A stretch of DNA of 63,255 bases, filler included, from Chiloscyllium plagiosum (taxonomy: Eukaryota): assembly GCF_004010195.1 (NCBI RefSeq). It is 6 parts of one record of this genome, joined end to end, with 100 filler letters (N's around TTAATTAATTAA, not from the genome) between each part and the next. Parts side by side here need not be neighbours in the genome. Positions count along the whole stretch, not along the records: positions 38,824 to 49,991 come from NC_057717.1; positions 50,092 to 56,298 come from NC_057717.1; 4 more parts are not named here. One strand, 5' to 3'. Position numbers and translations under genes: made by a program. Shown one piece after another: positions 38,724 through 51,559 of this stretch. The notes beneath the pieces are model-generated. The model saw nothing but the letters and a program-made list of their open reading frames with translations. It made no database searches and was not told the DNA's origin. Position 1 is the first letter of the stretch, and the number at the start of each line of letters is the position of its first letter.

Positions 38724-38829
38724 NNNNNNNNNNNNNNNNNNNNNNNNNNNNNNNNNNNNNNNNNNNNTTAATTAATTAANNNNNNNNNNNNNNNNNNNNN
38801 NNNNNNNNNNNNNNNNNNNNNNNTCACTA

Positions 38830-39180
38830 CATAAGTTCCTTGTGATCGTTTTATCATGAACGCCTTCGCCTTGAAGAGAGACCTGTCAAATATCTAGTGT
38901 GTGGGATGTGCTCTCCAGTCTCTGCAGGACTGATGTAACATCGATTTTTTCACAGGATGAGAGACATTTCAATTGTTTTCATTGTGGGACGAGGTTCTGG
39001 AGATCATCTCAACTCTCAGTACACCAGAGAGTTTGCAGTGGGCAGAACGTATTTACCTGCTTCATTTGAAAAAAATAACAGTTAGCTCACTCATCGACCC
39101 TGCTGAGACGGCAGAGAGATCCACTGGGAGAAAGAATTCACTCATTCATCGAGTCTGCTGAGACAGCGCAGATTTTACAT
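38830..39180 (+). pseudogene. C2H2 zinc-finger pseudogene fragment
   Basis: [41 protein letters not shown] and SSTLLRRQR-type finger remnants. Confidence 0.75.
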
Positions 39181-39329
39181 ATCTCAACTGCGATTGTACT
39201 TTGTTGTTCATGACATTCAGGACTGAAAGCAAACTTTTAATATTTTAAATAAATGTCAAACAAATCAATTTCGTATTAAGTACCATATGAGAGGTTAGTG
39301 TAAAGGTGGGATTACATATTACTTGAAGC

Positions 39330-40110
39330 ATCAGCACAGTTTCTCAAGGAAAAAAATTGTTAGAATTCTATGAGGATGTAATGAGGAAATGAGAAAAGAT
39401 CTATTCTGTGAATGTGGTCAGCATGAATTTCCAGCAGGCATTTGTCAAGGTTCTATATCAGAAACTGCAAAATGATAGGCTATGGTGTTAGGGACAAAGT
39501 ACTGGCATGGCTTGAGTTCTGGCTGACTGGCGGAAGGCAGACAGTTGTGTGAAAGGGTCTTTTCCAGGATGGCAGCGCATGACGTGTGGAGTTCAGCAGG
39601 GGTCAGTTTTGGCACCACAACTATTCCCGTTATGCATGAAGGATCGGGTCAAAGGAACTGAGAGTGTTGTTGCTCCATTTGCAGAATACACAATGACATG
39701 TGGAGGGACAGATCGTAGTGAGGAAGCGGGCAGGCTGCAGAATTACGTGGACGGGCTGAGAGCTTGGATAAAAAAAAGTTGCAGTTAGAACACTATGTGG
39801 ATAAGTGTGAGGTCATCGAGTGATGGAATGATTAGAGGCATAGACTACTTTGTGACGGGAAAAGGCTTCAGATATCTATAGTTGAAAGGCACTTGAGAGA
39901 TCTAGTTAAGGTTTCTCTTATGTTTAACATGCAGGTTTTGTTGTCTGTTCGGAAGGTAAATGTAATGTCGGCATTCGTTCAAGCGAGTTCAAAACCAACC
40001 GCAAAAGTTTGCAACTGACGCGATAAGAGGGTGTCGTCACACGCATTTGGATCATCGGGAATAGTTTTTAGCCACATGTCTAAGGGAAGATATGTTATGA
40101 GAGGTTGATA
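39330..40110 (+). mobile_element. Degenerate CR1 RT fragment
   Basis: WLTGGRQTV...CGVQQGSVLAPQLF...FAEYT. Confidence 0.8.
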
Positions 40111-40129
40111 GGAGCTTTAAAGTAGCTGA

Positions 40130-40395
40130 CTCAGTGGAGAGCACTGCTGTCTTCTAGCCTCAGCGACCCTGGTTTAATTTCTTCTCAGGCTACCGTCTGC
40201 AGTTTGCACATTCTTTCCGTGTCTGCCTGGGTTTCCTCCACAGAGGAAAGATGTGTAGTTGACGTCATTTGGCTGTAGGAAATGCAGAGTTACAGGAATC
40301 GAGTAGAGGTGTGAGTTTGAGTGCAATGATCTTCGCATGTTTCATGGGTTCTCCTTGGGCTGAATTGCCTGTTCCCACTTTGTTGGGATTCTACT
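40130..40395 (+). mobile_element. Old HE1/V-SINE
   Basis: ctcagtggagagcactgctg...agtttgcacattctttccgtgtctgc. Confidence 0.7.
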
Positions 40396-40499
40396 AGAAC
40401 ACGTTGATCGCAGGGGTGAAGGACTCGTCGTCTTAGAGTTTATTTTTTAAAAATCACAATTTCTATGTAAACATGCGGTCTCAAGTCAATCTCTTGATC

Positions 40500-41830
40500 A
40501 CTATAAGGCGTGAAGGGGCATTCCTCAAAGAAAATCATGAAGGCAAAGCGAGCATATTGGATAGACTTAGCACATAAAGTTAAGGATAATCTAAAGAGAT
40601 TTTATAAGTACATTCAGAGCTAGATACTAAGTAGGATCCCTGAAAGACTTAAGAGCTCACATTTGTCTTGAACCTCAGAGGATGGGAGAGATATTGAATG
40701 TTCATTTCGCATTAGTTTATACATTGGAGAACGAAATGGCGGCTACAAACATTGATGTTCTGAAAATAGTTCATATTGAATAGTGCAAATTCCAGAGGAA
40801 TTGGATAATATAAAGTTGGATATTTCTCTGGGATCTGATCTCGTGCACCCAGGACTTCGTGGGAAATTCGGGAAATAGTGGCGGCACGGTGGCACAGTGG
40901 CACAGTGGTTAGCACTGCTGCCTCACAGCGCCAGAGACCCGGGTTCAATTCCCGCCTCAGGCGACTGACTGTGTGGAATTTGCACGTTCTCCCCGTGTCT
41001 GCGTGGGTTTCCTCCGGGTGCTCCGGTTTCCTCCCACAGTCCAAAGATGTACAGGTCAGGTGAATGGGCCATGCTAAATTGCCCGTAGTGTTAGGTAAGG
41101 GGAAAATGTATAGTTGGGTTGTGCATCGGCGGGTCGGTGTGGACTTGTTGGGCCGAAGGGCCTGTTTCCACACTGTAATGTAATCTAATCTAAACTGTTG
41201 GGCCCTTGGTGGAAATATTTGCATCCTTTATTACTTCGAGTGATGTGCCGAATAAATGGGGAGTGGTTTTGTTGAGGAAGGGATGAATGGAGAAAACTGA
41301 AAACCATATGCCTGTGAGGTTGGCTGAGGTCGTGGGTAAGTTGTTGGAAGCAATTCTGAATGATAGGATTTATAAGCATTTTGAGACAGGTTTAATGAAT
41401 AGGGATTATCGGTATGGTTTTGTGCGACGTCATTTGTGTCTCACAAACATGGTTGGGTATTTTGAGGATGTAACCAAGAATATTGATGAGGACTAAGTGG
41501 TCGGCATTGTTCACTTGGACTTTAATTAATACTTTCAAAAGTTTCCACTTGGTCGATTATTTTTGAAAGTTAGATCACATAGAATTCAAGGTGAACATTC
41601 CAATTAGATATAAAATTAGTTTAATGGTAGGAGGCTGGGAACGGTGGTGGAGGGTAGTTTCCAGGCTGCAGGACTGTTACCAGCTGTGTTCCACAGGGAT
41701 CAATGCTGAGCCCATTTCGTTTTTCATTCATCTAAATGATTTAGCTTGAAACATGGAAAGCATGGTCAGTGGGTTTGCAGATGTCATCAAGATTGGGAGT
41801 AGAGTGGTCAGTACAAAAGCTTATGTCAGA
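40500..41830 (+). mobile_element. Degenerate CR1 ORF2 fragment (split by young SINE)
   Basis: KDNLKRFYKYI, VVGKLLEAILNDRIYKH, CLTNMVGYFEDVTK, gttccacagggatcaatgctg. Confidence 0.85.
40880..41193 (+). mobile_element. Young full-length HE1/V-SINE
   Basis: Near-identical to the 17663 copy, with an extra GGCACAGT duplication in the head and a (TAATC)n tail. Confidence 0.95.
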
Positions 41831-43131
41831 TTGTGAATAGGTTTTCTCGTCAGATCAGTTTCTCTCTGTCCTCCATATTTAATAGCGTGGGAGAAAAGCA
41901 TCATTCATCCACCGTGCAGCGCAGGTCATCAGACATCCACGTATTCTAGTCCGAGTTTGTCGCATTTGGCCCATAATCTGACGCGTTTTGATGTTTCCAG
42001 GGCAAATGTCAATGATAATCTCTCTGTAATTTTAAATGACACATCAATGGGACTGAAATTTAACATGGTCATACTACGTTGTAACCCCGTTGAGGAAATT
42101 TATTCTCATGTTCGCTCACAAAGGCAGACACACCAGCACATCCTCGACAGTGACTGAGGCCTCAGCGTTATGTGCTTCACGTCTGCAAGTTTCTCTGGAA
42201 AAAGGAAGCTTCACGCGGAACACGAGCCAATTCTCCAGAAAATGTGAACCATTGCGATGAGCTGGGGTATGAAATGGAAACTGAGTTGAAATAGTCCAAC
42301 ACGCTGTTCGTGTGTAACTTTAAATTTACAAATTCCACCCAAATCGTCTCTGCGACTTCGGAGATCTGACAGGACAGCGGTCAGCAGTCAATCATTACTA
42401 AAAACAACCGACACACGCAAACTCTAAGCACTTTCAAGTCTCGTCTCTTTCTGTTTCCGTCCTTGTCATAATTCCAGCTTCCTCAGAACATCCAACTCCA
42501 TGCTCAATTAGCTGCTTGATACAAACAGGCGACAGATAATGCAGACGATCTTTATTTCGAAAGCAGAGCCTGGAAATGTTACACACAAGGGCTTACACAT
42601 GGCTGGGTAATGTGACAACACGATATTATCTTCCTAATTATCCTGCAGATTGATACTAGGAATGTGCACCATACCAGTTATTAACTATTGAAATTTCCCA
42701 ATGTATGCCGTGACTGACAGACAGGTCAGGAGAGAGTAATTCAAACCCTTCATCGCTCTGGGACATTGAGCAAAAAAATTCCTGTTACTTCACAAACTGA
42801 GCTCCCCAATGCTGGTCATGGAGATCACTAGCACAGAAAATACGCTTTGGCCCACCAGGTCTGCACCAGTTTCAGGTAATCCCCTAACTGTTGTTAACTC
42901 ATTTTGCAACACTTGGCTCAGAGGTGCAAATGCAGTCAGTAATGGATGTGTAAATTAAATGGGTCTCACCTCTTCTTGAGGTTTCTGCTCGTTCAACCCT
43001 GACCTGCGATGGGTTCCAGATTCCCAACATTCCTAAGCTGGGTTATGTGCGTTTTTCCCTATTCAGTGACTTGAATCCCAAACAAGAAAGCAGGGAACAA
43101 GCTCTTTTCCAGTTTACTCTCGGCTCTCAAT

Positions 43132-43213
43132 TACAGTCAGCAAGATGTGAAACTGTCCGGCAAAAACGTAGTGGATTTAAAGCCCATCACCTGACCCACA
43201 AGGCAGCCACTGC
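43132..43213 (-). tRNA. Highly degenerate tRNA-Ser pseudogene (anticodon position reads TTA)
   Basis: 82 nt colinear with tRNA-Ser: GCAGTGGCTGCC..GTGGGTCAGGTGATGGGCTTTAAATCCAC...CATCTTGCTGACTGTA. Confidence 0.6.
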
Positions 43214-43599
43214 AGAAGCAGTGCAAAAGAACTGGTTTGCCAGTCCTATCTCCCTGTGCAGCTGACGGACCGTGCATCATTCTTAGCTTTGTTTCATTTC
43301 ATTCGACACTGTTAAACGTCGGGGAATGTATGGTCTGTGTGATCAATCCCGATAGTTGGAATGGATACTCAGTAAAAATCAAAAGCAGATATATCAGGAG
43401 AAACTAAACACGTCTGGCAGCATCTGTGGAAAGAAAAACAGAGACAATGATTCAGAGCTTCTTCAGAAAGTTGTTAGAACTCTGTTTTCCCCCACAGATA
43501 CAGAAAACCTGCTGAGTTTCTGCAGCAGTTTCTGTTTTTATTTCTAATTCACGGCATCCACAGCCCCTTGTTAGTCACAAAAGCAATACAGAAACGCTA

Positions 43600-44560
43600 T
43601 TATGGTTCCTCACTGTGTAAGTTTTCCGTTTGGGAAATATATCCCTGACCTGATTAAAAACCTAAAACTACGCAGCAAAGGAAACAGATGGAGTAAGTAC
43701 AGCGAAAACTCCATCCATGAGTGGGTGCGACCCACCACCCGCTCGATTAACAGCCGATCGCGCTGACCCAAAGCACTGAGAGTGGGGAACAATCTTCGTA
43801 TAGCATCTCATAACGCAGGCGGTTAGTGGATCCAAGCTGTTGCATGGCCTTCACAGAATAATAAATGCCGTTTATCAGTTTTACTTATCCATTCTAAAGT
43901 CTGGAACATTCATTGTGGAAACTAGAGAACAGTCTGATCCCACTCTCTGCAGGCGCCTCCATGTCACTGGGAACCAGCTCTTCTACAACTGGGAACGACT
44001 CCCTTAGAAAATTTCAGTGCGTTTTCTGTTCCCATGTTTTCTCATTTTACCGGAGCTGAGATGAGGTTTGAATTCCTGACGTGCAAGAACGGGAGTCTTT
44101 TCAATGTTTTACATTGTTTCTTTTCTCAAGAATATCAGACTCAACGTATCAGCCTCTAAAAACATGGGAAGGTGTCGTCCTGTCTCTGCTCAGTTGGACA
44201 GTTCACCCTTCAATTTCCTCGGAATCTACTTCCCGAGTAATGTCTAAAGATTCACAAATCTGGAGACTGGAAATTCTGTTTTGCTTCTTGATAGTTTTTG
44301 CCGAGCAACATTTTCCCAGCATCGTTTTTACAATCCTTTGCTTTGCATCAGGTCCAGAGGTGAGGAAATAATCTTTTGTGGAGAAATTCCCGACTCTGGG
44401 AAAGTTCTCTTCGAAGCATATAAGGTTAACGGGAGATTTCCTGGGGAAATTTACAATGATGTTGGAGGGAGCAGTGGGGATGGGAGGGTTGATGATCAGG
44501 AGGAAATTTTGCCTCTGACCGGTGCAACTCACCAGAGGACTGGAATTGCGGACATTTAAT
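43600..44560. repeat. Segment X, copy 3
   Basis: Shares tctggaacattcattgtgga and gatgatcaggaggaa with the other copies. Confidence 0.8.
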
Positions 44561-44807
44561 GGAAAACAGCATTTGTGTTAAATTAACTTTGCGAATTCTA
44601 AATAAACCCCACAGGTCTGATATTGTCTGTGGTTGGAGGAACAGAGCGACGTTTTTGAGTCAGGTCCGGTTCTGCTTCATAACCCAAGTTTCCTACATGT
44701 CAATAAATGAGCAGATCTGACAAAATGTAGGGTTATTGAGACAGACTTTCTGTAGTTTGAGGTAGACCTCATCCACGAAAGCCTTTTAAAAGCAACAGTG
44801 AAGGAAA

Positions 44808-44888
44808 CATAGTTGTTTGATTAAAACCTGCATGGGGAACCACTAATGGATATCTAATGCATCGCCTTAACCACTCAGCCACAACTAT
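44808..44888 (-). tRNA. tRNA-Ser(AGA) pseudogene
   Basis: Reverse complement ATAGTTGTGGCTGAGTGGTTAAGGCGATGCATTAGATATCCATTAGTGGTTCCCCATGCAGGTTTTAATC..., with the B box mutated. Confidence 0.85.
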
Positions 44889-46229
44889 ACCCTGAGACAC
44901 TCCTTAATATTTCTCGTGAAATTGGGGCTTCCAACAGAAAACGTGAGGACACTATTCGGTTTGTTCTGTCTGCGCAATGAGTCTAAAGTTTTTGGTCCCT
45001 GTAATTGATTAAAATGGAGGAGGCTGATAGGAAATTGGTTTGAACGACACATATTGATGAGAGACAGAGTGCAGAAAGATTAGTAATAATGTAATGGATC
45101 GAGAAATGAAGATGTCATAGTATTTTTATAGCGCCTTTCAGCACTACCTGCGTCACAGGCACTCAGGGAAATTTGAAGCAGATGTGGCGTTGTCAACTTT
45201 AATGTGCAAATCAGGGCAGTTTGTTCAACCAGAGGTCAAAAAGAAAATGTTACAAATACTCAGAACTGACGCGGGGGACGCCAGTGAGTTTATGCCTTTT
45301 GGCGTTTGTTCAGCTCTGATTGCTATCCAGGATAGTATCGGACTGGTGGTCCAAATATCAGGAGAAGGCTTTAACCAATTAAGACAGAGATGAGGAGGCT
45401 GTTCTCACATCCTGAGGGTAGCAAATGTGTGTACTTATTTATAACAGAGAGATCTATCAAGACGGGGTATAGTCAAGTCTTCAGTTCTTTATCTCACTGT
45501 TCATAGCATGCAGAAAGTGGCATTGTGAATATGTCCAAGTTTGCTGACGATAGACAATAATGGGAGAGCATGTTGTGATGAGGACGTGGGAATCTGCGAA
45601 GGCATATATATAGTTTAAGTGAATGGGGGGAAAACTTTGCAGATTAAGTTTCATGTCGGGAGTGGCAGGTTGGAAGAGTCAAAAAGCAGTCCATATGAAA
45701 ATAGAGGGAAAGTAGAAACAACGTGTAGGACCGAGGAATTTGGGTGTTCTTGTGCATAATACAAACAAAGTTTTGTGTCTTTTTTTTTCTCTGACGAACC
45801 GTATGGCCTCCTTTCCGAAAGCTTGCAATTAAAGAGATGGTTTCCCGAAAAAAGAACGATAAGTCGAAACTATAAAACTAAGACAAAGAAAAGACTGTGC
45901 CGTTCTATTGGACAACCTTGATGTGTATGGTTCAGTAAAATTTGTTTACAATCGACCCGGGAGTTGGAATGGTGGGAACTCGGGAGTGGAAGTCAGGAGA
46001 TCCATGATTCCTGCCAACATTTAACTGTCTTCCTCACTTTTGGTACGTTTTATTTCGCATTGTGGTCCCTGTGAGTAAACTCAGGTGACGTATTTCCCTC
46101 ATTGTTCCTCGTCACTCCCCAAAAGAATTCAACGTTCTTATCTACTGCTTCTAGGTAACCTCTAAACATTGTACAAATGTCACTAAAACCTCGACATTTC
46201 CCACGTCTGTCTGCCTTCTTACAATGTCA

Positions 46230-46950
46230 ATTGATTGATTACTGTGTTAGTAATGCACACATGAAGAGCAACGCAAAACAGTAGCAATCGACACTGGGTT
46301 GCGAACGCAGATGACTGCAGCCACATCTTAGAGTAGTGACACTGCACGATCACAAACACACATACCGAACCGCCAGGAAACTCTATATAAGTACACTGCC
46401 AGAAGCTGTGCGAGGCATAGAACTTGAAAAACAACAGAAATGCTCTTTTTGGCAATGAACCTGGTTGTATTTCTCAATCAGCAATCGAAGTTTACACTGG
46501 TGACATCAACAGTTCCATCAAACAAAGAACAAACTACTGCTGCAGACGGAGGAGAACGTGAGGACTCTATGTGCTGGAGATCAGAGAAGTGAGTGTGGTA
46601 CCAGAAAGAATAGCTGGTCAGGCAATATCCGAGGAGCAGCGGAATCGAGGTTTTGGGTGTAACCCTGATGAAGTATTCATGCCCGAAAAGTCGATTCTCC
46701 TACTTCTTGCATCCTGCCTTACATGCTGTCCTTTTCCAGCAACAAACTCTCCGCTGCCACAGACTGTCATATAATCCGAGCTCCCAGGCGCGGAATCAGA
46801 GAAACTCAGTGCCCTGAGTACACCTACTGGGGAAACCTCGCTTTGGCGTTTCGGGGCAAGTTGTTCTTCATGAATGCGGCTCTCGATTTGCCTGCCTCTT
46901 GGTCCTTTACAATGTTTTCTGCACTCTTTGCTTGGAGCATTGTTTGTCTA
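46230..46950. repeat. Segment Y, copy 2 (with ~200-bp insertion 46550-46753)
   Basis: AAD|CHIIRAPRRGIRETQCP...AFRGKLFFMNAA. Confidence 0.7.
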
Positions 46951-46979
46951 CAGTGCACTGCACATGCAGGGTAGTGGTC

Positions 46980-47610
46980 GTTTGTTCTGGGGAGTTGTTG
47001 GCTGAACCTGGCTTTGGATTTATGCTCTCTCATAAATCTGAATGGTCAGGAGAGAGTGGCTGTCAGTTCTGAGATTTTTTTCATATATAAGGTAGAGTGC
47101 TTAGTGTGTCAGCTCATGGCATGTTCCCCGAGCGTTGTTTGTCTGCAAGAATTCTGCGGGAATATCTTTTGTTGGCAAAGCATTTCTGGAGGAGCCAGTG
47201 AACAACACAGCTAGATTCCCCTCTTCTAATATACACAGTCGACGAGAAAAACAAGTTCGACTGGGGCAACACAAAAATAATAGGACAAGCCAAATAGAGG
47301 GCGACCAGAAAATTTCTAGAAGGAAAACATCCATCCATGGATTCCATCCACAATCTCGTTGAGCTAAACCGAACATACCAGGATCTGCAACGAACTACAA
47401 GTACTGACAAACGGAAGCAGTGGGAATGAACTCAAATCAATTCCAAGGACAGGACAGCCACAGGACAGCCACGCTTCACGGGACTCTCAGCAGCCCGAGG
47501 ATGTCGCCGAGAATGCGGAGGGAACGGCTGCAAACCAACTGCCCAAAACCACCAAAAACCCCCAAAACTGCAACCTGCACTTGAATCTTTAAACAAACCT
47601 TTAAACTCCA
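46980..47610. mobile_element. Degenerate Penelope-like (Poseidon-type) element
   Basis: + strand KNKFDWGNTKIIGQAK*RATRKFLEG (GIY-YIG C-terminus), preceded by an inverted RT-end fragment. Confidence 0.7.
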
Positions 47611-50159
47611 AATCAGGGCGGGCTGCGCCACAAGAAATGAACTCTGGAATTCCACGTGACATGTGAAGATAATAAATAATACACGACAGAGGAGGTCAGA
47701 GCTCCCAAGCTCCCAGGTCTTTGGCCGTGTTCTTGTTAAAAATAACTGTTTGACTCTCCTCATCCCATTTTCCATCCTTTGGCCTTGTATGCTGTAAGCA
47801 TTTCAAATTCACACATGAACATCTCAGAAGGTTATTGGGGTTTCTGCTACTTCGACACTGAGAGGCAGTGAGTTCCAGATTCTAAACACTCGCTGTCTGA
47901 TGAAATTTTCATTTGCATCCACTCAAACATTCTTGCCTCTTAACTTAAATCTACGGTTCCCTGGTGATTGACGCCTCCATCAAAGGGAAACGTTTCCTTC
48001 AATCTGCCAAATTCAAACCCCTCATTATTTTCGACTTCTCAATCATGTTTCCTCTCAATCTTCCCTGCTCTCAAGAAAACAGTCTGTCGAAACTCTTTAA
48101 TAGCTGCACATCTTCAATCCAGACAACATATTGATAAATCACTTCTGCACCGTTTTGAGTACTGTCATATCGCTTCTATAATGTGAATTGCAGAATTGTA
48201 TACAATACCCTCGCGAGAGCAGAATGATGATATGAAAGAAATGTGTAGAAACCACCGAAATTGGTCTTTTCCAATAAATCTCTTTCCTTCGATACTGTTC
48301 AGTGCCTTTTTCGTGAACCTGATGCTCCAATAATCTCTGGTCCATGCAAATACAACACTATACAGGAGGATTGGTTATGCAGCCACCTTATCTGATTGCA
48401 TTGAGTGTTCGAAGAACCTGATGGTGCTATTGGGGCACGTTCACCGAGCAACAGTGACAGCTGCAGCACAGACTTAATGGGGTCAACATGAAAGTGAGTG
48501 TTAGACAGTGCAATGCATCTGTGACATGGGAAGAGTGACGGAAATGGGTATAGTGATTGTGAAAGGGAGATAAATCTCCGATAGTGGGTGAATTTGAATC
48601 CTGACATATGACACGCAATGATGTCAGAGAGCAGACTGAAAAGTATTTTCCAGTTAAAAATGTGTTGATTCTTTTCGGTGTTTGTTTCGCTAAGGTGATG
48701 TGGCTTAAAATGGAACAAATGTGCATTGCCTTTACTCGGAAATGAGCGGAATTTGCTGCGGCCACAACGCAGAGTATGAACCACGATATTATCACCAAAT
48801 AGCACGATGTAAAAAGTAAAATATGCAATGGCATAGATAGGTGAGGAAAAGCAGCACATGCACAACAAGAAAACTTGTCACATACTGGATTGAGATTGGG
48901 TTGAATCTTCTTCTTCGATGTCCTCATAGACTGTGGAGCTTCCATCACTGAGAATGTTGAAGACTGAATCCGATAAGTTCTAACAAAAGATTAAATGTAC
49001 AGGCGATAGTGCATGGTATTGTCGAAATGCAGTGTTCAGTAACACCAAATTTTAACACTGTTACTTTATCAGTTCCATGAGACAAGGAAGTAAATATTGT
49101 TGCACGGTCACATCACACCGGTTCCCAGGTCTGGAATCAGAGAAACTGAGTGGCGCAGAGGCGAAGATCTAATTGGAAATGGGGAGTGGAATGAATGCTT
49201 GTATCTTCTCTGTTGTCTTGTGACGAAAGCCATGAGCACACAGTCCTTCTATGAAAGCATAGACGCGCGTGAAACGCTGAGGCTAGAAGCTCCAACCACA
49301 GCTGGAACAACTACTGTTCACATGGAGAAGTAGAGCATTGGGACATCGGGCTGGGAGGTCGAACCTCACCTGGAGACGCTTCAATTGACATGGCGCAGGG
49401 AGCACTGGTCTGGGGTTAAAGATCTTGAACTATTTTAATCACAATTGAAATAGTTCCTGGCAGCACACATGATTGTGGATTGAGGGAGGATCTGCCCCAG
49501 GGAATTGTCTCATTTGAAAATAAATATTTTGGTAAGATTGAGCTAGTGTAGGAGTATCTGTACAGTGAGAAAATGATTCAATTGTATCGCTCTCTGACAT
49601 TTCTCCTATGTCTGACTCAACAGTCGGTTAACTTTCTGGAAGGGTTTTTAAAAATCTTTTTTTTCATACTATTCAATTTCCTGCAAGCTTGTTCGGTCCA
49701 TTAAATTAATCTAAAAATCTGAACATTAAAGGAGATATATGATGCTGGGATTCGGCTTGAGTTTCCCTCGAATTATGGAGGAAGAACAGGAGAGAGGAAG
49801 TGAAAATTATCTAGACAGACCGAGGGTGAAAGGAAGCTTCATGAGGACAAATGTGTTTTCTTTGCCAATGAAGCTGAGCGCGTCACAGTGTGGTGATGGC
49901 ATCTGTGACAGGATTCCTTTCAAAGCCTCGGATCAATTAATCACCCCGAGAACATCAGTATCAATGTGTCGGATTCTGACAGAAGGGCAAGNNNNNNNNN
50001 NNNNNNNNNNNNNNNNNNNNNNNNNNNNNNNNNNNTTAATTAATTAANNNNNNNNNNNNNNNNNNNNNNNNNNNNNNNNNNNNNNNNNNNNCCCGAAACG
50101 TCGATTTCGCTGCTTCTTGGATGCTGCCTTAACTGCTGTGCTCTTCCAGCACCACTAAC

Positions 50160-50850
50160 CCAGAAACAGAGTTATTTATTCAGTTCGAGGACCTCCCGTC
50201 AGAGCTGAAAAAAAATGTTGAGATGGGATATGGCTGAAACAAATCTTGTGACTGTCAAAATGGCCGGAGAGGAAATAATAAAAGAGAAGCTCAGGATAAA
50301 ATTGGACGTCAGACATAGTCAATTGACAGGGAGGGTGCGGAAAGGCAGAGGGAGATGGACATGAAAAAAGAAGCGTCACTGGCCCTGCAATGTTAAATCT
50401 GCGTTCCATTTTCAAGATTCTGCCGGACCTGCTGATATTTCCAGGCAAATTCTATCTTTGTTTCTGAAACAGAACATGAGAAAGTTATCTTCGGCCAATC
50501 AGCTCTAACTGCTCTTGGAATGATTGACTGCCTCATTCCCACAGATCACATTCGTCCAGCCCTGCCCAACCCCACCACATGCCAGTTGCCGAGAATAAGC
50601 TGTTTGTTGCGTCAACCCGTATGCACACACAAGAAGATCATTATCCATGTGAATTGTTCGACATTCAGGGAGATTTCCCTAAGAATTTCCATCAGAACCT
50701 TCTGAATCAGTTAATTTCGGTTCAGCAACATTTGGAATGGAACCGTCACTTACAGTCTCCCTCAGCAAGTGGCCATTTTAATGCACCGTTCGAGTGGAAC
50801 CTGCACCTTTCAAAGGGATATCATGCATCGTACATTCGCCTACACTGACC
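50160..50850 (-). repeat. Inverted copy of 32320-33030
   Basis: e.g. aggcagagggagatggacatg versus catgtccatctccctctgcct; colinear over ~700 bp. Confidence 0.75.
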
Positions 50851-51269
50851 GACTAGTCTCAGCGACTTGTAGTGAAGTGAAGAGACTTTTCCCTCGGAAA
50901 CAGACGCATCAATGAAAGAGTGAGGCTGCCCTCAGTGGAAGTGGAATGGAGAGCTGGGACTCAGTAAGAAAATGAAAGGACCGATGTCCACGACCCAGAG
51001 ATCAACAGTCGCAAATACTCAAATCAAAACCGTCAGAACACACGTAGACCTTTCGTATACAAGTGCTGACAACAGTGGAGTTGTGATGTCGGCAGCAACA
51101 ACTCGATAGAGCCTGGCGCTTAAATTCAGCACCACAGTCCGCTTTGCCACGCCACCCCACTAAAGAAGCACGCCAAATCGGTCATGACGAGTATTTCAGC
51201 ATCTCTTAACTTACGGCACTTCCTGCTTCCCAACAGCCTCCTCCGCACAGTAATGCATATTGTTTGGAA

Positions 51270-51500
51270 ATGAGTTAGCTCAACTTTGTGGACGGTTGAT
51301 TTGTGATTCAGAATACCATGAACACCACGTATTCTGTCCCCGTGTCAGCTAAAGTCGCCCTAAAGTTCTCACCTTCTTAACCTGGTCCCTTGCTTGAGGC
51401 TCAGTGGCCTTTAGGGTAAAGGACCATCAGTCATTTCTCTCTCTGAAAAGTGAGGAAGTGGTCCTATAGTCTCTGGGGCAACGCCAACTTTAATTACATA
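51270..51500 (+). mobile_element. tRNA-derived SINE (same family as 8.04 kb)
   Basis: gttagctcaa head; gcttgaggc...agggtaaaggaccatcagtcatttctctctct...cctatagtctctgggg body. Confidence 0.55.
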
Positions 51501-51559
51501 ATTTTATTTGTGTAATGAGAAGGGAATAATTGGCAATCTTGCTGTATGAGTTCCCTTGT

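Noticed and set aside
41950..42320. TRIM RING exon remnant on the minus strand
   Set aside because: Only faint nucleotide resemblance, and the Cys/His pattern is not recoverable.
30045..46950. Shared TGA stops in X/Y frames read through by the TCA-anticodon tRNA (recoding system)
   Set aside because: The stops occur in frames not shown to be the sense frame, the copies also have frameshifts and TAA/TAG stops, and the tRNA looks non-functional.
48299..48948. 189-aa and 173-aa minus-strand ORFs as genes
   Set aside because: Overlapping ORFs with non-ATG starts and no recognisable domain. At most they are decayed sequence adjacent to Y copy 3.
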